A DNA stretch of 64,000 nt from assembly GCA_964019335.1 (NCBI GenBank), contig OZ025648.1, positions 682,001 through 746,000 of the forward strand, in the 5' to 3' direction. The position numbers and the translations under genes were made by a program. The notes below the pieces were generated by a model. It saw only the letters and a program-made list of their open reading frames with translations, had not been told where the DNA came from and searched no databases. Below, one piece after another: positions 1-11,205 of the stretch; the stretch's first letter is position 1, and every line of letters starts with the position of its first letter. The stretch comes from Diplonema japonicum (taxonomy: Eukaryota; Protista; Euglenozoa: Diplonemea).

Positions 1-171
1 TTTGAGCCCTACATGGGGGACACGGTCTGCAGGGTGGCAGTGCATGAGGCATCTGCTTTTGTCCTGGCGCACACAGCCACCACAGAATCAAACGGGCTCA
101 GCGATGGGGGTGCTTCTGAGTCCACTTCGGACTCCGAACCACACACTGCTTACCCGTACTCTCAGGAGTAG
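1..171 (+). CDS. 3' end of an unidentified upstream gene (partial)
   Basis: Frame +1 is open from base 1 (FEPYMGDTVCRVAVHEASAF...PYSQE) to TAG at 169-171. Composition is coding-like and changes abruptly to T-tracts afterwards. Confidence 0.5.
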   Translation, partial: FEPYMGDTVCRVAVHEASAFVLAHTATTESNGLSDGGASESTSDSEPHTAYPYSQE

Positions 172-236
172 TGTGACTCTTGTTTTTTGTTTTTTTTTTT
201 TTATTCTTCTGCCCCTTCTGGGTCCTCTCCCCTCCT

Positions 237-271
<35 letters not shown>

Positions 272-816
272 ATCGCTTCGCGAGAAGACGTCTACTCGAT
301 ATTTTTTTGTTTTTTTTTTTTACATCCTTTTCTGTTCTATTCTTTCGGTTGTGTTCCAAAAAAGAAGGGGGGGAGGGAATGCAAAAAAAAACAAAAACGG
401 GAAAGATATGATGGGGGGAAAAGAGAAAAAGAGGAAAAAAAAAGGGGGGAAGGAGGGAGGGGGGAAATGCATTCAGCTTCGATTTTCTCTGCTATATTTT
501 TTCCTTTTGTATGGGGAAGGTTTATGGTAACCCCCTCTTTTTTTTTTCTTCTTGTTCTCTTTTTTCTTTTCTCTCCCCTTTTTCAATCTCCTCCCTTTTT
601 TTTTCTTTTTTTTTTCGCCGACTTCACTGAGAATTTTAAAAGAAGAAAAGGAAAAGAAAAATGAAGAAAAGGATTTTTTTTTTGACGCTCCTTGTTTCTC
701 ACTTTTTTTTTTTCTATACTTACATTTCTTCTTCTCAATTGGAAGAAAAGAATTTAACTTAACCATCCTCCCCCCCATTTTTTCTCCCTTCCTCTTCCTC
801 TCCTCTTCCTGCGATC

Positions 817-849
<33 letters not shown>

Positions 850-2444
850 TCTAGGACGTTCGCCTTCAAGGTACATTGGTTGCCTTCTTCCCAAAGGTGC
901 TGCGCCACAATTCTTATTTATTTTGTTGTGTTACTTTTTATTAGTCTACTTTTTTTTTTCTTCTCTCCTTTTATATTTCTCCTTTTTTCCTTAATAGCAT
1001 AAAAAGCAGTTTACCCCCCCCTTTTTTTCTGTTTCTTTCCCCCTTCTTTTCTTTTCCCTTCCGGAAACGTAGCTAATCCTTCTCATACCCCTCCCCTGCC
1101 CTATAGCGAAGCAAGCCTCTCCCCCTTACATGCTCCACAAAAAAGTTACCTACCCGTCAAACGGATACGTGGCTTCTCGCCCCCCCCCCCCTTTTTTTGC
1201 CGTAGGACTAGCCAGTGGGCTAGTTGGTGGGCGAAAATGCTAACCATAAATGTCTAGTTTGCCTTAGGGGCGAATAGAAAGAGAAGAGGAACGATGAGAG
1301 TTATCTTTTTTTTTTTTTTTTTTTTTCGATTCTTGCAGCTGCTCCTTTTTCTCCCCTTTACTGCTTTCATATGACACTGCCCAGTGGCTTTTCCCCCCCC
1401 CCCTTTTTTTTCTCAAAAGAAACTGTGAGGTATTTAAGGGGACTTGTTTGTAGGCTCCCGTTGATTTTTTATAAAAAAAAAAAAAAAAGAAAAACCAAAA
1501 AAAAGAGGGTCTTCTCATTAGGTGTTCTGCCCGGGGCATACAGAACAAACAACAATGGCCCAAGTTCCACCCACCTTTTTTTGTTTTGTTTTTCTTCTTC
1601 TTTTTTTTTTGTGCTTCATCAGTAGCTTAACTTTTTTTATTTTTCGTGTTATGTAATTCACTGTGCCAAAACTTCTTGCCGAGGGAAGTTTGGGAATTCT
1701 ACAAACCGTAAAAGTGCATTAGTTAATCCCGAAAAACAACCAAACACAAGTTTTTTTTTCTTTCTCAAGGGAACACCGCGTGTCTACTGGAAGGGGAAAC
1801 TTATTTTTTTTATTTTAGCTACTTATACTTTTTTTTTTTTTTTTTTTGCTTCTCAAAAAAAAGAAAAGGAAAAAAGAAAAGACCCCCCCCCCTCCCCCTC
1901 CCCCCCCTTCCCTCTATTCTACTCTATCGGTTTGTTGTCATTGTAAAATGGAAAATGTGATTTCTAATGCCTTTGTTCCACCGAAATCTGACCTCTGAAA
2001 ATACAAAAAAAAAAAAAAAAAAAAAAAAAACAGGCAGAACGAGGGGAAGAAGGTCATGTGGCGTGGCATATTTTTCTTTCTTCGCAAATGAAGAGGTGAA
2101 AGAAGACGAAGAAAGGGGAGGGAATAGGGGGGGTGTTTCCTACCTGTTGTTTCCTCTTATATTCATCTTCTTTTTGCCCCTCTCTCTCTCTCTCTCTTTT
2201 TTTTTTTTTTTCTTCTCTTTCGCAAACTTCTTCCTTTGCTATACACCTTGTTTATTTTTACGACAAGCGGGAACCAAGCACGTCCTGTCTGAGAGGGGGC
2301 AGCCACAGGGGTTATTAATGTGTCCTGTGGGCTAAAAATTACAACTTTATGGCACACTTTTGAGCCAACGTGTGGTGGTCTAACTGATCGCCGTTTGACT
2401 GGAGTCACCTCGACGTTAAGGATAGAATTTTATTATTTCTTTTT

Positions 2445-2473
2445 GGTGGGCCGTTGCTAACACTCCCCTATCA
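2445..2473 (+). repeat. Family B 3'-end remnant (a weaker one at about 2905-2945)
   Basis: GGTGGGCCGTTGCTAACACTCCCCTATCA + long T-tract resembles the family B end GGCGGGCCGTTGCTAACCACTTCGTTCCTATCA. Confidence 0.5.
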
Positions 2474-4009
2474 TTTTTTTTTTTTTTTTTTTTTTTGTTG
2501 GTGGGAGGAAGGGGAAGGAAGTAAAAAAAAAAAAAAAAAGGGTGAAAAAAAAAATACAACAAAAATACAGGGGTAACTTTAAAGCTTGCGTCGACGTTTT
2601 TTTTTTTTTTTTTTTGAGGGTGAAAAAAAAAGGTCGCACGAATTTACCACGTTTTTGGCCGTATTTTTTTTTTTTTTAGATGTTTCATCCACAATATATT
2701 AAAGAAGAAGATCTTTTTCTGGTAGACCAGAGTCAAAGTGAGCTTAGAGTTATTATTCCTGTTATGTTGTTTTTCTCAAAAAAAAAATAAATAAATAACG
2801 TTATATCACCTTTGAAAAAGGTTTTTTTTGTGTCAAAGAAAAGAAAAATTGTCTCCGGAAGGCTTTTGGAAAAATAACAGGGAACAACATGGCATCCCCC
2901 ATTTGGCGGGTGTTGCTAGCACTCCCCCCCCTCCATCAAAGCATTTTTTTTTTTAAAAGATGCTGATAGCGATGAATGAAGTTCAAATACCTGTAACTGG
3001 GTTGTGGTTACCTCTCCCCGTTTTTTTTTTTTTTTTTTTTTTTTGTTTTATTGCCCACAGCACCCTACTCATTAGTCTCTCTTTCTCTCCCCGAGGAAAA
3101 AAAAAAATCTCTTTTTTTCAAAAGGAATCCAAAATGCAAGAAAAAAAAATTTAAAAAAAAATGCAAAAAAAAAAAAATTAATTTAAAAAATCTGGAAAAA
3201 GAAAATGCAGTCTCTTTCCCTCCTCCTCCCGCTCTTGAAAAAAAAACCCCCCCAAACTTTACACCCCCACCCCCCCCCCCCCCCCCCCGGAGAGGGAATA
3301 AAAAAAAAGAAAAGAATGCATTACCAACCGGTTTCCATTATCTCTTCTCACATTTTTTTTTCTTCTTCTTCCATTCCCTTTTTTTTTAATCCCCGAACTG
3401 CACTTAGAATAAGCTGAAAGGCCCTATTTACACTCAAGCTTTTAAGCTAGTGGTTCACCAGTTCCTCCCCTTCAGAGTTATGAAACTATCTATGTGATAC
3501 CCTTTGCGGTAAGAGTGTTGGTGCAAAAGGAATCACTCCACGCACCAACATCCTTTTTGTACACTGTGCCACTTTCTTGTTACACACACCCCTTTTATTC
3601 CTCCCTCTTTTTTTTTTCTTCTCTTGCCTCTCGATTCCCCCTCCCCCCTTTTTTTTTTCCTCTCCTAAGGGATCCACGTTGAGAGGCAACTGTCAGTGCT
3701 GCTGCATTCGAATAAAGGCGAACATACAGGGCAAGCAGTTCAGCAGTGCATCCCATGGAGTCTCCTTTGGCCTTGTCGTTGCGCCCTGGTATGGAAAGGG
3801 GTCTGGATTCTCAGTGCCCTCAGCACAATACCTTTCTCCCTTTCCCTGCAGTGCGCGCTTCTTCTTCTTTTTCTTTTTTTTTTTCTCCTCTTCTTTTTCT
3901 TTTTCTCTTTACGGCCGGGCCTTCTACCCCCCCTCTTTTTTTTGTGTCTTTCCCCTCCCCCCTCTTTTCTCTGCAACTTCAAACCCTCAAATACAGGAAA
4001 TGTGAGAAC

Positions 4010-7000
4010 ATGTCCTTTCTGCTGGCACTTGTGACGTTGGCGAGCGTGAACTCTGTTCTTCTGGATCCCCCAGGCGGCCAAGTGCGTCAAGGTGAAGTGG
4101 TGCGGGTGACGGGTGTGACCGATGTGGAAGTGATGGTTGAGGTGAGTGCCAAGGGCAACGGTGGTGTGCGCAACTTTACTGTTGGGAGTGCATCTGAGGG
4201 CGGGTGGGGTTTCATCCTGGAGACCGGCGACTGGAGCGTCAGCGCTTATCAAACACACACTAGAACACTGCAAAACGGTCCTCTGTCAGGCCCCTGGGGC
4301 TTCAGTGTTGTGATTGTGTGCAGTGTAGCTGTGGACCCCTCCCCTTCTGCTGTGATGACCTCGTCGCTGCCCGTTCTCTACACCTCCACAGGAACCGACT
4401 ACACTCCTTCTATAACAGTGACGCTGAAGTCACCTGGAGCGGACATCAACTTCTCGCTCACCTCGTCCTCTCTCCCTCCTAGTACCTTGGGTCTTTACAC
4501 TGCCCCCCTCCGCCTCTCTTCGTCTAGCTACCTCCACTACTCCTGCTACGGGGCCAACATGGTCACGTCACCCGTCGCGTCCGTCTACTTCAAGCTGCGT
4601 GAAGACACCATCAGCACAGGTCTCATTTGGATTGTGACAGGAGTGATAGCAGTACTAGCCATCGTGTGGTGGGTGGCGTTTTACAGGAAGACTGAAATGA
4701 GGAAGCACGCGGGAGGGAGGAAGAAGGGCAAGCGGTCCTACGCAGACATCGACAGAAGCGCGTGGTGCCTGTACAACCTAGGCGAGGCGGGGACACTGTT
4801 GCTAGGCATCGTGTGGTTCTGTGTAGACGTGGTGAGCGATGGTGATGTCCCAAAATGGGTCACCTTCACTCTCATTGCGGTCACGTTGGTGCAGATTTGT
4901 TGCGCTGCAAGACGCACTTATGTGACGTACGCAAAGGGCTTCACACACCTTTCATACCCAGGGTGGTACACAGTGTTCACAGCCTCCAACGAGGCATTGC
5001 TGTCTTCTCACCGCTACCGCATGCGCTTCTTCACCATCACTATGATCTGCATAACCCTCCACCTCGTAGCTTCCCTCCTGTATATTGTTGACGATGCGGG
5101 TGCAGGCACGGTGGCTTTCCTGCTCCACCGCATAGTCTCGCTGTTCACCCTTGCAGTAGGGATACCTATGATTTTTACAGGCTATGTGTCCAGAAGGAAG
5201 CTGAAAAAGCACAACCCAGACAGAGCCGACAAAGCTGACCCCTTTGCGTCCCCCATGCGCCACCACACTGACGAGACATCTGATCCCAGCAGCCACGGTA
5301 ACGATCCCTATGCGTCTCCTGATCCTGATGTTCTTCTGTCAGATGTCGAGACTATCCTCAAAGCACAAGTAGCACTTGCGGAGGAGGTTACCATTCTGAG
5401 GAGCTTGCGGTCTATCCGGACTGACCCCACGTTGGACCCCTCAGTGAAATTAATGAGAGAGAAGCAGCTGATGGAGGGTTGGCTTCAAACCGATGGACAC
5501 GAGGAAGGCTTCGAAGGGGGTTCCAGCGGTGGAGGTGACGCACGTGACCCAGAGGAGCTGGGCACAGCAGAACATAACAATAGAGAACCTGACAATAGAG
5601 AACAAAACAGTAAACCCGTTCCACCCATTGTGCTGCCCCCTGCGCTGCTGACAAGGGAAAGCCCCCCCGAGAGCGACAAGAAGCGCACAGCAACCGATAG
5701 CACAGCTTTACTAGCAGCAGTATTACTGGGGAAAGGCAGGGGAAGGGGCAACGCACTCGCAGCCTTGAAAAAGAAGGAGGACAACACAGACACAGACAGA
5801 GGCAAACTGGAAGAAGGGAAGAGCCTCGTGACGTCGCCTGATGAACATGTAGAAAGTGATAGAGAGCAAATGCCTAGCGTAGTTAAAAAGTCCGATCCTA
5901 CTCAACTAGATGAGCAAGCGGCGCTGCCGGTGCGCGACGTGATCAAAGAAGACGTAGTTAAGACAGAAAGCGCCACACCGACACCGACAAGCAGCCCCCT
6001 CCCGAAGCCATCGCCAAAGAAGACCCGCAAACTGAGCACCTCAAGCTCGGAGGCTCTTCGCAACCCACTCGCGAAAAGTATTGCTGCTATAAGAACAAGT
6101 ACACCACCAAGCCCCATCCAAGCACCAGCTGGGCGGGAGGATGATGAACCTGATGCAGCACACAGCACGCCGACTCGAAAGGGGATACTACGAACCCCGC
6201 AAACACAACCTATCGAAAAACTTCACGCTAGAATCTCACCTCTTGTTGCCCCTGCGAAAAGTCCAAAGATTATCTCACCCCAACAGCACCCAAGTTCCCC
6301 GATGCCCACGAGCCCTTGTACTCCTAAGAGCCCTTGGACACCAGTGCCCCACACTTCGGTTGCTTCTGCTGAGGCGCACTCAAGCAACAAGGAACAACCG
6401 GATTCACCCACCACGGGCCTCCCGGGGCGTCCGCAGCAGAAGTCTGACGAGAAGCAGAAAGAGCTAGAGACAGAAATTGCAACTCTAAGGGCGCAAGTGT
6501 ATTCGGACCGGAAGTCTTCGCAGAAAGAGCTGCAAGATATCCTGGAGAAGTACAAGCTCACACCCAGTGATGACGGACAGTCAGGGCATGCGGAGTCCAT
6601 TCGCGACATGGTCGAGTCAGTGCGCTCAGAGCGACGGATGTCACAAGCAGAGATGCAGGAGACGCTGCAGAACATGCAGGACAAGTTCTCGTCGGAGGCT
6701 TCGAACCTAAGAGCTACAATAGCAAGTATGGAGGCAACAATATTGGCGAAAGAATTTAGCACTGTGAGTGAGATAGAACAGCTGAGAGCAGAGCTCCAAA
6801 AGCTAAAGGAGAATCTCAAACAAGATGACAAGAAGGAGAGCTTGCAGGCCACAATGAAAGAGAAAGAGAACGAACTGCGTGTCCTGAAGCAGCAATCCAA
6901 ACCGCCTGGGAGACGAACCTCAGGCATGACACTGGAGGAAGTGGCAGGCAGCGTTGTTGAGAGCGTGATCATCCCACCTCGGCAGCGGGGTGACACGGCT

Positions 7001-7465
7001 GTTTCACCTCTTTCGGCGAGATCCTACAACTCCGAAGACTCTGATGACCGGCAGATGGTTCGGGTGGGCAGCAAGGCACTGCTGCTCGACATGGTGGGCA
7101 GAGTAGGGGGCCTCTTAGACGCAAGAGGGAAAGAGATCGCAACTACAGCAAGCAGTCCGTCGCCTCGTGGAGTTGAGCGCAACCTAGGCACTTCCCAAAA
7201 GTCAGCCCACTCGGCAGCGTCGCAGGACCATGTGGCCAATGACTCACCTAAGCCCCCGCTAGTCCCCACGAGGAAGCCATCACCTGTTCTTGCAGCTTTA
7301 AACTCAGCAAGCCCCCCGCCCAAGCGTACCGGAATAGATATACAAGGTTTGCTCTCTTCACCAAGAGGTAGTGTCAGTAGTGCAAGCCCCTCGCCCAGAG
7401 GACGGGGTAGAGGCAGGGGTAGGGGTAGGTCACTAGAGTCTGCATCCAAAGCTGCGGGTACCTAG
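4010..7465 (+). CDS. Large membrane protein: signal peptide, Ig/FN3-associated-like ectodomain, about 5-6 TM helices, long Pro/Ser-rich and coiled-coil cytoplasmic tail
   Basis: ATG 4010 follows an ACAG acceptor. MSFLLALVTLASVNS is signal-like, and VTLKSPGADINFSL...YTAPLRLSSSSYLHYSCY...SPVASVYF resembles the Fn3-associated/CHB_HEX_C domain. Several hydrophobic segments follow. Confidence 0.75.
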   Translation: MSFLLALVTLASVNSVLLDPPGGQVRQGEVVRVTGVTDVEVMVEVSAKGNGGVRNFTVGSASEGGWGFILETGDWSVSAYQTHTRTLQNGPLSGPWGFSVVIVCSVAVDPSPSAVMTSSLPVLYTSTGTDYTPSITVTLKSPGADINFSLTSSSLPPSTLGLYTAPLRLSSSSYLHYSCYGANMVTSPVASVYFKLREDTISTGLIWIVTGVIAVLAIVWWVAFYRKTEMRKHAGGRKKGKRSYADIDRSAWCLYNLGEAGTLLLGIVWFCVDVVSDGDVPKWVTFTLIAVTLVQICCAARRTYVTYAKGFTHLSYPGWYTVFTASNEALLSSHRYRMRFFTITMICITLHLVASLLYIVDDAGAGTVAFLLHRIVSLFTLAVGIPMIFTGYVSRRKLKKHNPDRADKADPFASPMRHHTDETSDPSSHGNDPYASPDPDVLLSDVETILKAQVALAEEVTILRSLRSIRTDPTLDPSVKLMREKQLMEGWLQTDGHEEGFEGGSSGGGDARDPEELGTAEHNNREPDNREQNSKPVPPIVLPPALLTRESPPESDKKRTATDSTALLAAVLLGKGRGRGNALAALKKKEDNTDTDRGKLEEGKSLVTSPDEHVESDREQMPSVVKKSDPTQLDEQAALPVRDVIKEDVVKTESATPTPTSSPLPKPSPKKTRKLSTSSSEALRNPLAKSIAAIRTSTPPSPIQAPAGREDDEPDAAHSTPTRKGILRTPQTQPIEKLHARISPLVAPAKSPKIISPQQHPSSPMPTSPCTPKSPWTPVPHTSVASAEAHSSNKEQPDSPTTGLPGRPQQKSDEKQKELETEIATLRAQVYSDRKSSQKELQDILEKYKLTPSDDGQSGHAESIRDMVESVRSERRMSQAEMQETLQNMQDKFSSEASNLRATIASMEATILAKEFSTVSEIEQLRAELQKLKENLKQDDKKESLQATMKEKENELRVLKQQSKPPGRRTSGMTLEEVAGSVVESVIIPPRQRGDTAVSPLSARSYNSEDSDDRQMVRVGSKALLLDMVGRVGGLLDARGKEIATTASSPSPRGVERNLGTSQKSAHSAASQDHVANDSPKPPLVPTRKPSPVLAALNSASPPPKRTGIDIQGLLSSPRGSVSSASPSPRGRGRGRGRGRSLESASKAAGT

Positions 7466-7531
7466 ATGGTGTCTTTGCATGTTTGTATATGTTAGCCTTC
7501 CGCCCTGCAGGTAAGTAACTCAACACCACAG

Positions 7532-8686
7532 ATGAAAGACAAATGGCGGACGGCGGCCCATGCCTTCACAGGTGGCCACAGCACGTACTCCGAAAGCAGG
7601 AGGGGGTCCCTCACCTCGGCGGTCAACTCGGAAGATGCGCTGTCTCACGTCCCTAGCATGGCCTCCAGGAGGAGCAGGCGGGGGAGACAGCGACAGAGTG
7701 TAGGCGAAAATTTGAGAAAGCAAGGAACATTCAAGAAAAGGTACGAAGAGGACGTCGGGAAATACAAACAACTGGCTGCCAAGCTAAAGGAGCAGGAAGA
7801 TAACATCAACACGCTCACAAGCACCATTGACAACAGTGTGGCCGCTCACGAATCGTTGATGGCCGAAATGAAAAACAAGATACACGTGCTCAAGCAGAAC
7901 ATCGAAAACTTGCGTGAGACCATCGACCTCAAAGAAGAAGTGATAAAGGACAATCACGATCAGATACGAGAATGGCGGGGCCTGGCCTTCAACGATGAGG
8001 TGCGCAGGGCGTTCAACTTCATTCTCCGCACGAGGAACGACGACATCTACGGTGTGCGCCCCGAGGATGTGTTCGATCAGGAAACGATGGAGAAGTTCTA
8101 TGCTTCTAAACGTGTCATCAAAAAAAATAGAAGGATAGGTTTGGAAAAGCGACAGGCAAGCAAGTTTGCGTGTTCTGTGGGTGGGATGGTGGTACCTGTT
8201 CTGGTGGCACTGTCCCTGCAAATGAAGGAAGAGGCAAAATTTCGTATGGCGGTGCTAAGGTCTGTGGGGATAAAGACAGGAGAGGGTACAGGGGGGAAGT
8301 GGTTGGCTCAAGTCGCACAGAAGGTCCCTGAAACAGAAGAAGATCAAGAAAAACCAGCACCTCCGCCCACACCACCGCCTGAACCCATCCACTGCAACGG
8401 GCGGTGGGCTAGATACCTTGCATCACACAATGACATCACTGTAAGGAAGCAACCGCAGCTCTCTACTGTACAGGTGATGTTGAAGGATTACCGTGCAGCT
8501 CTGACTTCGTTGAGCATAGAGGAAAAGGAGAATGAGACAGCCAAAGAAAGGAAACAACGCATTGCAAACAAGAGTAACAAACAGTTCCAGCTGGAGCGAA
8601 CCCGCCCAGAGTCCCCCATGCCCGACCTATTCCTTTGGAAACACCTTCCTGAGAACACCACAAACTTGGTTGTCCCGAAGTGGTGA
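7532..8686 (+). CDS. Hypothetical coiled-coil protein (384 aa)
   Basis: Long ORF with coding composition and a heptad-rich middle. The ATG is directly preceded by CACAG. Confidence 0.75.
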   Translation: MKDKWRTAAHAFTGGHSTYSESRRGSLTSAVNSEDALSHVPSMASRRSRRGRQRQSVGENLRKQGTFKKRYEEDVGKYKQLAAKLKEQEDNINTLTSTIDNSVAAHESLMAEMKNKIHVLKQNIENLRETIDLKEEVIKDNHDQIREWRGLAFNDEVRRAFNFILRTRNDDIYGVRPEDVFDQETMEKFYASKRVIKKNRRIGLEKRQASKFACSVGGMVVPVLVALSLQMKEEAKFRMAVLRSVGIKTGEGTGGKWLAQVAQKVPETEEDQEKPAPPPTPPPEPIHCNGRWARYLASHNDITVRKQPQLSTVQVMLKDYRAALTSLSIEEKENETAKERKQRIANKSNKQFQLERTRPESPMPDLFLWKHLPENTTNLVVPKW

Positions 8687-8807
8687 TGTTGATGTGAGTT
8701 TTAGTTAACTTCGCACGTTATGCTTATTCCCATAAGCAGCACAACCGCAAGTAGAATTCATATTTAATTTAGTTACACTGATAGCATAGTATAGGCAAAA
8801 CATCAAG

Positions 8808-11088
8808 ATGGGTAAAGGTGCCGTGAAGGTAGTTCTCCGCACCCGCCCCACCGAACGGTTTGCGGATAATCTTAAACTGCAGGATGCAAGCTCGCTGAAC
8901 TTCTTCTTTCCCAAGAAAAAGGACTCAGGGGGCGTGGGTGCAAGCAACATCCAAGAGCACTTCTCCTTCAAGTACGACGGCATACTGCACAATGCCGGAC
9001 AGGAGACCGTGTATGAAGAGGTCGCCCGACCCGTGATTGGCAGCCTCCTGCAAGGAGTGAACAGCACAGTAATGGCCTACGGGCAGACAGGTGCAGGGAA
9101 GACATACACAATGACGGGGGGCTCTGACTTCAAGAGCCGGGGGCTCATACCGAGGACGATCACAGACCTGTTTGCTGAAATCTCACACCTACCTGAAAAG
9201 GTATTTGAAGTGAAAGTCAGTTACATGGAGATTTACAATGAAAAAATATATGACCTGCTGGGAAGCAGTGACGCATCGCAAGGACTGGCCATACAAGAGG
9301 ACACAATGCAGGGAATCACCGTAAAGGGACTAGAGCTGTGCACGGCCTCGAATGAAGCAGAGGCACTCTCGCTCCTGTTCAACGGGAACCAGAGGCGTGC
9401 CATGGGCGAGCACACGCTGAACGAAAACAGCACGCGGTCGCACTGCATTTACACCATCTACGTGAAGTCCCGTTCCCGCGTGGAATCTGATGGACACTCC
9501 TTGCAGTCGAAGCTTAATATGGTAGACTTGGCTGGGTCGGAGCGTGTGGCAAAAACAGGCTCAGAAGGGTCGATTCTCAAAGAGGCAATGTACATCAACA
9601 AGTCTCTCTCCTTCCTGGAGCAGGTTGTCATTGCACTCGGGTCTGCCCATCGCCCGCATGTGCCCTATAGACAATGCAAGCTCACAAATTACCTGAAGGA
9701 CTCACTGGGTGGCAATTGCAAGACAGTGATGGTGGCGAACGTCTGGGGCGAGGAGCGGCACTTGGAGGAGACACTGTCGACGCTCAAGTTCGCAGCACGG
9801 ATGATGAAGGTGCAGAACGACGTAACAGCCAACAGCATCATGGACCCCGCAGGGCAGATCAAGATGCTCCAAAAACAGATTCAAGAACTGAAGGCGGAGC
9901 TGCAGATGCAAAACCAGCTGCACGGTAAAAGCCACATCAAGTACGACGCCTTCTCTGATGACGAACGCTTTGACCTCGAGAAGCGGGTGCAGCAGTATCT
10001 GTCGGGAACGCTGGAGGAGATAGAGGTCAGGAACTTGCGTGATGTGAAGGAGTACTTCAAACTCTTCAAAGCGTGCGTTCTAAGGGCTACCAGCGAAGCA
10101 GAAGAAAATATCCGAGCCAAGTACACGCTCACTGAACAGGAACCCGATCGGCCTGCCAACGGAGCACCACCAGACCAAGAGGTACCCGATGGAACTGGTG
10201 AGCTTGACGCTGCTTCAGGGTTTGGGATAGGAACAGGAGCCGCTGCCAAGGGTATCAAAAACACCATTGGTGCCACGTCGCCAGGGAAGTCGTCAGGAGT
10301 TCCTCCGTCACCTGAGCTAGGCGAAGGCGGTCAGTACACGCAGGAGGGAACCAAGTCCATCACGGTATGGGCACGGGTTACGTCACTTCATATTTTTATC
10401 TACACAGTTGCCCGACCGGTCGCAGGCTTACGAGGACTTCAAAAACAACGAAGGTGCAGAGCTAAATCAGAACCTGAAGATACATGCTACAAAACTGAGA
10501 GACCTTAAGCAGGAGGGGCTTGAGAAGGGAGGGATGTTGCAGGAGCTGAAGACTGCCATTGAGGAGCTTAAGCGGCAGGCGGAGGACAGCATGCGGGTGA
10601 CGCATGACAGCGACGAGATTGTTGATGCAGAGAGCGCACAGCTCCTGGAAGACCTCAAGCGGAAGAAGTTCGCATATAGAGAGCTCCATGACAACCTCAT
10701 GTGTCTAAGGACGGAAAAGGAGTCAGTCATAAAGCTGAGCAACCAGGCGAGGCAACAGCTGGTGTCTACCTTCGAGGCTTGGTACACGAAGACCTACTCA
10801 GATAGCTTGCAGCAGGACAGCGCTGCGTACGTTGTGCCACAGGTATGATAACGTGGACACACACCACACCAGCACTACAGGGCGAACGTCTAGATGAAGG
10901 CGAACAGTTTGATAAGATGGAAGAGGAACGCTTGCTGAGGGAGGACCCGAGCTCTCTTGAATTTTACAGGTATACTTCACTTGCAGTACTTAACTTTTTT
11001 TTCTTCTTCTTTTTTTTACAGGGCGCAGAGGATGACCCGGAAGCCAAAACGTGGCGCTGGGTGGGCAGCCGCTCGCACGGTCCGCTAG
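8808..11088 (+). CDS. KIF9: Kinesin-9 family motor (KIF9-like); exons 8808-10364, 10408-10842, 10881-10969, 11022-11088
   Basis: Motor motifs AYGQTGAGKT, NENSTRSH, DLAGSER and HVPYR are present. Three GT-AG introns (43, 38, 52 nt) restore one frame ending in the KIF9-type tail DEGEQFDKMEEERLLREDPSSLEFYRA. Confidence 0.9.
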
Positions 11089-11205
11089 CATACTTGTTAT
11101 ATGTTATGTCACTTTACATCCACAGAAGGGCACCACCCTTCGCCTCTTGTTACCATATGTTCTTCACTTTGTTTTGTATAGTTGCGCACCACCACTACAG
11201 GCGAG

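Noticed and set aside
1080-1160. Short motifs shared with other spacers (CCCTATAGCG at about 13456, GAAGCAAGCCTC at about 49473, AAGTTACCTACCC at about 34630)
   Set aside because: They are only 10-13-nt matches; possibly decayed repeats, but an element cannot be defined.
172-3960. Many F/K/P/G-rich ORFs in the six-frame track (also 41450-44300, 55470-57400, 58060-59870)
   Set aside because: They are translations of A/T/G/C homopolymer tracts, not genes.
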